Positions 1 to 7,339 of a stretch of DNA of 49,228 nucleotides are shown piece by piece; positions within the stretch are counted from its first letter, which is position 1; each line of letters opens with the position of its first letter. Source of the DNA: Candidatus Hydrogenedentota bacterium. GTDB taxonomy: Bacteria; Hydrogenedentota; Hydrogenedentia; Hydrogenedentales; CAITNO01. The stretch covers positions 1-49,228 of the forward strand of contig JAGLCZ010000777.1 of NCBI GenBank assembly GCA_023145975.1. The letters are read 5' to 3'. The position numbers and the translations under genes are program-made. The notes beneath the pieces were generated by a model. That model worked only from the letters and a program-made list of their open reading frames with translations, searched no databases and was not told the DNA's origin.

Positions 1-141
1 GTGGTTACCCCTCTGTTAACACCTGCTGATATACATGCCATTAAAAATCTAGTTCCAGCGGGTTCAAAACATGTAACACAAACTTTCAACCCTGAAAATG
101 CCCTTGATCCAGCATTACGCAGCAATACTGCTATTGCATAA
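1..141 (+). CDS. 3' end of an unidentified CDS truncated by the window edge
   Basis: Frame 1 is open from nt 1 to a TAA at 139-141 (...NPENALDPALRSNTAIA*). The 46 visible residues carry no recognisable motif. Confidence 0.3.
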   Translation: MVTPLLTPADIHAIKNLVPAGSKHVTQTFNPENALDPALRSNTAIA

Positions 142-185
142 TGCGCAGCCTCAGCAATCTGTAACGCCCCACCCACCCGAACGAC

Positions 186-1196
186 TCAGTTCACATCAAA
201 GCCTGCGGCCAGAATACCCAGTAAGGTCGCCATAGCAGGCGTGATGGGACCACGTCCTGGATAACGAATGAATTTACAATGCCCATCCATAAACAAAACA
301 TTGCAGCCACCGGGAATATGATTGAATAAACTGATACCCAACCCGCCCCCCATAAGATCAGTCATAATGGTAACTGTGCTTTGTGCCTTTGCAGATCTCC
401 CTGGATTATTAATGTCTGTAATAAGAAACCGTTCCACCCCTTCACGCAGCCGGTACACTTCCTTACCGCCGCCATTACCGTTAGGTGCTATTACACTATA
501 GTCCTGATCTACAGAACTGCGGGCGTCCATTCCCAATTCCACACTTCCCTGATTAAGTAGCGAGGGGACTAATACAGGTAGAAGGGCATCGAAAAACTGC
601 GCCAACTGTATGGGCGCATCTTCTTCCACTGCTTCAGCTATCAACGCACTATCCATCTCCGGGAATGCAAGGGGGAGTGCTGCTGCCAAAAAAGGCGCAC
701 AAGTACTCAAAGGGGCTTCATACTCATCAAGGCTGTCCAATCGATCAAATACCCACCCGAAATAAGCATAACTCTTTTGCATCAAATAGCCGCGTGCTTC
801 AAGCCAACACTCACCACTATAGTAAGTTTTATCAAGGTAAGAACTGTAAAATTCCTGCGAATTGGAATAGCAACAATACATCCCCTCCCTTGTACCATTT
901 ATATCCGATGGACACACCAGAATCATTGGATCCGTCAAATATTCAGGATAAACCGCCTCTGGTGCTGCACCAAATGCCATATAAGGCCAGGCAGCAATGG
1001 GCGGGAACTTCTCCCCTGCCGCCTCATTCGAGTACATCTTAAACACAAGTCCCCACTGCTTTAAATTATTCTGACAACTCGCACGACGCGCCGCTTCGCG
1101 TGCACGCGCTAATGCCGGCAACAAAATAGCAGCAAGAATACCAATAATGGCAATCACCACAAGCAACTCGATTAAAGTAAAACCGCGATGGCGCAT
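186..1196 (-). CDS. DUF1559-type prepilin-like protein (type II secretion/pseudopilin N-terminal methylation domain)
   Basis: N-terminus is [29 protein letters not shown], a prepilin cleavage/methylation motif plus hydrophobic helix. The C-terminal [17 protein letters not shown] tail is typical of the DUF1559 / H-X9-DG family. Confidence 0.85.
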   Translation of the reverse strand: MRHRGFTLIELLVVIAIIGILAAILLPALARAREAARRASCQNNLKQWGLVFKMYSNEAAGEKFPPIAAWPYMAFGAAPEAVYPEYLTDPMILVCPSDINGTREGMYCCYSNSQEFYSSYLDKTYYSGECWLEARGYLMQKSYAYFGWVFDRLDSLDEYEAPLSTCAPFLAAALPLAFPEMDSALIAEAVEEDAPIQLAQFFDALLPVLVPSLLNQGSVELGMDARSSVDQDYSVIAPNGNGGGKEVYRLREGVERFLITDINNPGRSAKAQSTVTIMTDLMGGGLGISLFNHIPGGCNVLFMDGHCKFIRYPGRGPITPAMATLLGILAAGFDVN

Positions 1197-1372
1197 GACA
1201 TAAGTCCTTTGTCGTCGTCAGCAATCGCCGAAAACAGCCTATCCTCTTTTAATGACATCAGAAAATTCTGTGTATTATGGGTGGTACTAATATCTAAACA
1301 AAGGATAGCACGAACCCATATAGCATCCACAAAAAAAATATCTATATCAACTAAAAACAAATCAGACCAAGA

Positions 1373-2263
1373 CTATGCTTTCTTTCCTCCGAAAAGCCCT
1401 TTGATCCATTCCGTTATCTTCCCGAAAGTATTTTTCTTCTTTTCTTCAACCTTGGTTGACGGCAGTTCTCCCTGAGAAATTTTGTAGACGCGCATAAGTT
1501 CACTGCGAAACGCATGTGCCGTCGGAAAACGATCTTGAGGGGCAGGCGCAGTAGCCCGCAGCATAAAATCATCGGCTTCACTAGGTAACTCAGGCAGCAT
1601 CGTTGTAATTTTTTCGTTAAATTTTGGACGACGCCCCGTTAATAATTCAAAAAACATAATCCCCAAAGGATAAATATCCGCCCGCTTATCTACCTTGGCT
1701 GCATTCACCTGCTGTTCCGGGGCAATATACTCGATACGCCCCAGGTTGGTTCCTGCACACGTTAAGTCTTTATACCGGTCATCCAATTTCGCCAGCCCAA
1801 AATCAAGCAGCCGCACTTCCCCATTTTCCAACACCATAATATTTTCCGGCGCAAGGTCGCGATGAATGGTTAGTCGATGCGCGTGGGTTAGAGCATCTGC
1901 TACAAGACATAATACACGCACAACAGAATTTAAAGGAAGCTTACCACGTTCCCTGAGCCATTGGCGCAAACTTTTACCGTTCACATATTCCATGACATAA
2001 AACAAGGTGCTTTCCCATTGCTTTGCATCATAAATTTTCATGATGCAAGGATGATCCAAGCGCGCCAATGTATTCGCCTCTCTTACGAAACGTACCGCCG
2101 CATGCTGGTTTTGTGCATACTTATCCAGCAAGGTCTTTAGTGCTACTTCCTTGCCCGTCTGAGTATCCTCAACAAGAAACACCGCTCCCATGCCCCCCTG
2201 ACCAAGTTTCCGCTTGATAAGATATCGGTCAGCAACTATGCTTCCATTTTCAAAATTCAACAT
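1373..2263 (-). CDS. Short Hanks-type Ser/Thr protein kinase with an atypical catalytic loop
   Basis: Kinase motifs are GQGGMGAVF (Gly loop), VALK, HRDLAPEN, DFGLAK and YIAPEQ. No TM segment is present. The C-terminal tail is basic and amphipathic (KKKNTFGKITEWIKGLFGGKKA). The start is an ATG at 2263. Confidence 0.85.
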   Translation of the reverse strand: MLNFENGSIVADRYLIKRKLGQGGMGAVFLVEDTQTGKEVALKTLLDKYAQNQHAAVRFVREANTLARLDHPCIMKIYDAKQWESTLFYVMEYVNGKSLRQWLRERGKLPLNSVVRVLCLVADALTHAHRLTIHRDLAPENIMVLENGEVRLLDFGLAKLDDRYKDLTCAGTNLGRIEYIAPEQQVNAAKVDKRADIYPLGIMFFELLTGRRPKFNEKITTMLPELPSEADDFMLRATAPAPQDRFPTAHAFRSELMRVYKISQGELPSTKVEEKKKNTFGKITEWIKGLFGGKKA

Positions 2264-2426
2264 TGTATGCTATCCTTGCCCATAAGACCCCTATTCTGTT
2301 GCTAAAATCCTGCACCTAGCTTGTTATAAAACCGCCAAACACCTCAAGTAAAACTGCTTCCCAAAGCATACTGCGTATTATACAATAAACTACGGCAAAA
2401 TACAAGCATACTTTAGCAATAAGGAC

Positions 2427-4631
2427 TTAGGGAATTAGCACAATACGCAACCCATATATATCCGCTTTCTCATCAGGCAGTGCGTGATCACGTACTGCAG
2501 AACGCAATCGCGAATGGTGGTAACTCCACGCACCGCCACGTCGCACACGAAACAGCCCTGTATCAGGTCCATAGGGATTAGTGACCGTTCCTCTCTTATA
2601 CAACTCTGGATCATACCAGTCCTGCACCCACTCAGCCACATTGCCATGCATATCATAGATTCCCCACGCATTAGGTCGCTTCTCGCCCACGCAATGTGTT
2701 CCAGTACCGCTGTTGCCCGCATACCAGGCATATTTTGGCAACGCAGACAAGTCATTACCGCAATTATATCTAGTAGTACCTCCTGCACGACAGGAATATT
2801 CCCATTCGGCCTCTGTGGGCAAACGGAAAATCCCCGATTCTGAGAGTTGATTCATCTTTTCCAAAAAATTCTCACTATCAGTCCAACGAATCTGTTCCAC
2901 CGGGTTCCTTAGACTTTCTGTGAAGCGGGAAGGATTATATCCCATGACCTGTAACCATTGTTGTTGGGTAACTTCATACTGACCTATCCAAAATCCCCGG
3001 GTAATAGTAACGGTATGAGAAGGGCTTTCATCTGGCGATATTATAGTGCCTTGTTTTTTGCTGCGCGATCCCCTAGAAATCTCCCGCGATCCCATACGAA
3101 ATTTTCCTGGTATAACCCATACCATTTCCATATTTACGCCATTGCCCAAATCCACAGTTTTGGTATCATTTATAACGGGCGCGACATAATCAGGTTCTTT
3201 CTCCCGATGGGATTGATTATCACGCTCAATCGCCCGGGCAACGTCCTCTTCTTTTAGCTTAGCTTCATATTCCCGTTCAGCAGCAATTTCCGGAATAGCA
3301 GTAAAAAGACGTCCCGCCTCTGTGAATAGCCGTACAGCTTCATCAGGATCTTTTTCGTCCGCTGCCGCCTGTAATTTCTGCTCTGCCAAAGCCCATTCGG
3401 CACGGGCAAAATCATGCACTACTTGTTTGTCTGCCACCCCTTTAAATGTCAAGCAAACTGTTTGTGCCTGTTTGGGAGTCAACGCCATTGCTGATTCAGA
3501 AGTTACAGGAGCTCCAAACGTAATCCAGGGAATTTCCCAATTCTGCCAGTAAGCCACTCCCACAACTATGCTAAAAATCAATGGTAAAAACAACAACGTC
3601 TTTAAGGAAAGATGCGACGATTTTTTATCTTCCGGATTCTGAAAATCAAATCGGGCATCATCGCCCGGCTTAATAGCATTCGCAGCACTTAACCCTACAG
3701 CCTCCTGCAGGGCTATAAGCATCTCGCTGGCGGTTTTGAATCGATTCGCAGGTGATTTCTGCATCGAACGAATAACAACATGGGCAAGTTCGGTTTTAAT
3801 AAGCGGATTTATCTCGCGAGGATTGGGCGGTCTTACATTGGTATGAGAATGCATTAATTCGGTAAAACCGCCAACAAACGGCAATTGCCCCGTAAGCATC
3901 TCAAAGAACATCACACCAAAAGCATAAACATCCGTAGCTGGTCCTATTGCACCAAAACGATCAGGCTCAATCTGTTCAGGCGCCATATAGGCAGGTGTTC
4001 CCGGCGCCCGATCCTCAGTCTTGGTCAACCGTGTAAATGCCGTATCAACCGAACTTTGCTTTAAGGTTTTGGCAATCCCAAAATCCATTAATTTGGCGGC
4101 AAGATTGCCGCCAGAATCTTGCCGAACCATGATATTACTGGGCTTGATATCGCGATGTAACACCCCGCGTCCATGGGCATAATCCAATGCCGTAAGACAC
4201 TGCATAGCGACAATAATGGCATTGCGCGGCGACAGCATCAAAACTTTTTCTTCGCCTTCCCCACCGCCACCAGTTATTTTCTGATAAGGCGTACGCTGAA
4301 ATGTACGCTCAATAATATCCGAAAGATCTTCGCCCGGTACGTACTCCATCACCAGTATTGTTTTATTGTCATAATTCTGTCGGTCAAGCAGGGTTACGAT
4401 ATTGGGATGAGAACCAAGCTGCGCCAACAGGGTACATTCCATCTCAAGACGCCGTGCCAATGCAGGTGTATCCTGTAGGCTCTGGTGTAACACCTTTATT
4501 GCGACTTGCCGCCCCAAATCATTGTCATCGGCCAGGTAGACAACCCCCATGCCGCCTTCACCCAAGACCTTAACGATCTGATAGCGGTCGCCAATAAGCG
4601 TTCCACAAAGTTCCTGTATATTATCCGACAT
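2427..4631 (-). CDS. Membrane Ser/Thr protein kinase fused to a C-terminal FGE-sulfatase (SUMF1/EgtB/PvdO-like) domain
   Basis: Kinase motifs are GEGGMGVVY, VAIK, HRDIKPSN, DFGIAK and YMAPEQ. One TM helix is present (LKTLLFLPLIFSIVVGVAYW). The C-terminal domain carries RLPTEAEWEYSCRAGG, HGNVAEWVQDWY and RVRRGGAW. Confidence 0.85.
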   Translation of the reverse strand: MSDNIQELCGTLIGDRYQIVKVLGEGGMGVVYLADDNDLGRQVAIKVLHQSLQDTPALARRLEMECTLLAQLGSHPNIVTLLDRQNYDNKTILVMEYVPGEDLSDIIERTFQRTPYQKITGGGGEGEEKVLMLSPRNAIIVAMQCLTALDYAHGRGVLHRDIKPSNIMVRQDSGGNLAAKLMDFGIAKTLKQSSVDTAFTRLTKTEDRAPGTPAYMAPEQIEPDRFGAIGPATDVYAFGVMFFEMLTGQLPFVGGFTELMHSHTNVRPPNPREINPLIKTELAHVVIRSMQKSPANRFKTASEMLIALQEAVGLSAANAIKPGDDARFDFQNPEDKKSSHLSLKTLLFLPLIFSIVVGVAYWQNWEIPWITFGAPVTSESAMALTPKQAQTVCLTFKGVADKQVVHDFARAEWALAEQKLQAAADEKDPDEAVRLFTEAGRLFTAIPEIAAEREYEAKLKEEDVARAIERDNQSHREKEPDYVAPVINDTKTVDLGNGVNMEMVWVIPGKFRMGSREISRGSRSKKQGTIISPDESPSHTVTITRGFWIGQYEVTQQQWLQVMGYNPSRFTESLRNPVEQIRWTDSENFLEKMNQLSESGIFRLPTEAEWEYSCRAGGTTRYNCGNDLSALPKYAWYAGNSGTGTHCVGEKRPNAWGIYDMHGNVAEWVQDWYDPELYKRGTVTNPYGPDTGLFRVRRGGAWSYHHSRLRSAVRDHALPDEKADIYGLRIVLIP

Positions 4632-4902
4632 ATAGTAGTAATTTCCTACAATACTCTTGCATTAATATCTGACAACGATCAGTCTGAAATAGCAACAACC
4701 CCAAAAAATATCACTGCAACTCAACGAAGCAGCAATTATAAACTACGAGAACACCTTTTTCCAATATGAACCCACCAAAGAATAACACGACCTAAAATTC
4801 ATACTCACTGTATCATACCTGTTTTTCCGCCACAAGTACAATCACCTGAAAAAACTATTTCCATTCGGTCAAATATCACACGCACTGTACCAAGATAGAT
4901 GC

Positions 4903-4975
4903 CACCATACAGTTTCCCCTATACGTTTAAAACGCCCTGCATAACGATTCTACAATCCCCATGCAGTTTCCTATA
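4903..4975 (+). repeat. Two copies of a ~20-nt direct repeat (core CAGTTTCC..TATA) in the recN upstream region
   Basis: ccaccatacagtttcccctata lies at 4902-4923 and ccccatgcagtttcctata at 4957-4975. The core cagtttcc is at 4910-4917 and 4964-4971. The copies differ by a 2-nt CC insertion. Confidence 0.35.
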
Positions 4976-5051
4976 AGATGCTGTGCTACAATATCCGACA
5001 GTAGAAATTGTCTCGAGGAATTTATACTGCTTAAATCAGATTCTGGATACT

Positions 5052-6770
5052 ATGCTTGAAGTCTTTCAAATACGTAACTATGCATTGATAGATGCACTTG
5101 ATATTGAATTTCAACCGGGGTTCAATGCAATCACCGGCGAAACGGGTGCAGGAAAATCTATCCTTGTGGGTGCACTGGGACTTGCATTAGGCGCAAGAGC
5201 TTCAGCAGATTCGGTGCGTAATGGTGCTGAACATGCTACTGTCGAAGCAGTATTTCGTGTTGTCACACCGTCACAACAATTGACTGAACTTTTACTTGAG
5301 GCAGGAGTTTCCCTCGATGATGACCTATTGATTCTCTCACGTACGGTATCATCTGACGGGCGAAGCCGCGCACAGGTAAATGGAAAACTCGTAACTATTA
5401 CCACCCTCGCCGCCATTGGCGATGAGTTGGTGGATCTTCATGGACAACATGAACATCAATCACTGCTCCGTGTGGAATGCCAACTGGCACTCCTGGATGC
5501 TTTTTCCGGGACAACTGAAGCGGCACAAACACTATCAGAATGTATGACACGACTGAACAAAATTCAGCGAGAAATTGAAGCATTCGAATCTGATGACCGG
5601 GATCACGCACGCCAGGCAGATTTTCTGCGCTATGAGATTTCAGAAATTGATGCTGCAGCACTCACACCCCTCGAAGAAAAAGAATTGCGGTCGCGACTGC
5701 ATCTCATAAACCATGCAGAAAACATTTATACTCTCGCTAATACCGCTTATAATGCGTTGTACGAATCTGAACTAAATGCTGCTATTGATTCTATAGATTC
5801 TGCATTAAATGCACTGGATGACTTGTCAGAAATAGATGCACAGTTTACCGCCTTACGTACGCAGGTAGCGGAAGGTCGTGCTTGTATCGAAAACGCTGCA
5901 GAAGACCTGCGTGCACACACCTGCCATGTGGAATTTGATCCGAATGAGCTGGACACCGTGAATGCGCGTCTCTCCCTTATTGGCGATCTGAAACGCAAAT
6001 ATGGCTCTGATATCACTGCAGTACTTGCATACCGCGACAAAGCGAAAGCAACACTGGCGGGATATGAAAACCATGACGAGACTTTAGATACAATGCGTGC
6101 AGCCCATAAGTCACTGTTTGCCAGTACAATGAAAAAGGCGAAAACGCTTTCACGGCAGCGAAAAAAAGCGGCAAAGGATATGGATACACAAGTAATGGAA
6201 ACGTTACAATCGCTGGATATGCGCGGCGCACGTTTTTCTACCCAGATCGAAACGACCTCTTTATGTGGAAATGGTATAGACAAGGTTGCATTCATGCTTT
6301 CAGCGAATACAGGCGAAGCCCTTAAACCACTGCGACTGGTGGCATCAGGCGGCGAGATTTCCAGGATCATGCTGGCACTCAAAAGTGTGTTCGCTGACCA
6401 GGACCCTGTGTCAACCCTTATTTTTGATGAAATTGACGCGGGAATCGGCGGTGCCACAGCACGACGTATAGCAGAAAAAATGGTTCTCCTTTCCACTCAA
6501 CGACAAGTATTATGCATTACCCATCTGGCACAAATTGCCGCTCCTGCAACGGCTCATTATGCTGTAATAAAATTTACAGAAGACGGACGTACAGGAACGC
6601 GAATTGAACGGTTGAACGGAAAGCAACGGGAACAGGAAATAGCACGGTTGCTGGATGGTTCCGTATCTACAGTAAGTCTTAAACATGCCCGGGCACTACT
6701 CGCAGAATCTACCTGCAAAGTGCCCAAAAAGAAGAAAGGAAGTAAAAAACAATGCGTTGTGGACTTGTAA
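5052..6770 (+). CDS. recN: DNA repair protein RecN
   Basis: The N-terminus MLEVFQIRNYALIDALDIEFQPGFNAITGETGAGKS carries the Walker A motif. C-terminal motifs are ASGGEISRIMLALK and LIFDEIDAGIGG. The ORF-track start (GTG at 4983) adds 23 non-homologous residues, so I prefer the ATG at 5052. Confidence 0.9.
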   Translation: MLEVFQIRNYALIDALDIEFQPGFNAITGETGAGKSILVGALGLALGARASADSVRNGAEHATVEAVFRVVTPSQQLTELLLEAGVSLDDDLLILSRTVSSDGRSRAQVNGKLVTITTLAAIGDELVDLHGQHEHQSLLRVECQLALLDAFSGTTEAAQTLSECMTRLNKIQREIEAFESDDRDHARQADFLRYEISEIDAAALTPLEEKELRSRLHLINHAENIYTLANTAYNALYESELNAAIDSIDSALNALDDLSEIDAQFTALRTQVAEGRACIENAAEDLRAHTCHVEFDPNELDTVNARLSLIGDLKRKYGSDITAVLAYRDKAKATLAGYENHDETLDTMRAAHKSLFASTMKKAKTLSRQRKKAAKDMDTQVMETLQSLDMRGARFSTQIETTSLCGNGIDKVAFMLSANTGEALKPLRLVASGGEISRIMLALKSVFADQDPVSTLIFDEIDAGIGGATARRIAEKMVLLSTQRQVLCITHLAQIAAPATAHYAVIKFTEDGRTGTRIERLNGKQREQEIARLLDGSVSTVSLKHARALLAESTCKVPKKKKGSKKQCVVDL

Positions 6771-7330
6771 AAATCGGTGTCATGGGATCAGCAGGCGGTG
6801 AAATGGAATCTGAAATTGTTGAAAATTGCAAAAAACTGGGACGAGCGATTGCAACTGAGGGTTGCGCTATCCTGACAGGCGGCTGCCCCGGTCTCCCCCA
6901 CTATGCCATACTTGGATGCAAAGAAAAAGGCGGACTTACCATCGGTGTTTCACCTGCCCTCAGTATTCAGGAACATGTGAACCGTTACGGCAGTCCAACC
7001 GATAATATCGATGTAATGATATATACCGGAGCAGGATTGATGGGACGAGAGATTGTAGGCGTACGCAGTTGTGATATCGTTATTATTGTTGGCGGTCGGT
7101 CAGGCACGCTGGGTGAATTTGCAATCGCCTATGACGAAGGACGGATGATCGGTGTGCTTACCGGAACAGGCGGTGTAGCGGACAATGTGGACAACTTTCT
7201 GCCCATAATCGAAAAACCCACAGGCAGTCGCATATTTTTTGATGATAATCCGGATAGCCTTATCAAACGATGTGTAAAGTCGTTCAAGGAAAATCCAACG
7301 ATTATCAGTGAACGTGAATCCGCCGGCTAA
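6752..7330 (+). CDS. TIGR00725/LOG-like (SLOG superfamily, 'lysine decarboxylase-like') protein
   Basis: Motifs are KIGVMGSAGG, LTGGCPGLPHYAILGCKEKGGLTIGVSP and GGRSGTLGEFAIAY (resembling the LOG PGGxGTxxE motif). The gene overlaps the recN 3' end by 19 nt. Confidence 0.7.
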   Translation: MRCGLVKIGVMGSAGGEMESEIVENCKKLGRAIATEGCAILTGGCPGLPHYAILGCKEKGGLTIGVSPALSIQEHVNRYGSPTDNIDVMIYTGAGLMGREIVGVRSCDIVIIVGGRSGTLGEFAIAYDEGRMIGVLTGTGGVADNVDNFLPIIEKPTGSRIFFDDNPDSLIKRCVKSFKENPTIISERESAG

Positions 7331-7339
7331 GCAGAATAT

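Noticed and set aside
4981-5001. CTGT-N13-ACAG inverted tetramers near recN (resembling an E. coli-type LexA box)
   Set aside because: The spacing is 13 rather than 8, the interior is not palindromic, and the site overlaps the proposed -10 region. Tetramer inverted repeats at this spacing are expected by chance.
5747-6496. 249-aa minus-strand ORF inside recN
   Set aside because: It is a shadow ORF opposite recN, with a Ser/Ala/Arg-rich composition and no start context or motif.
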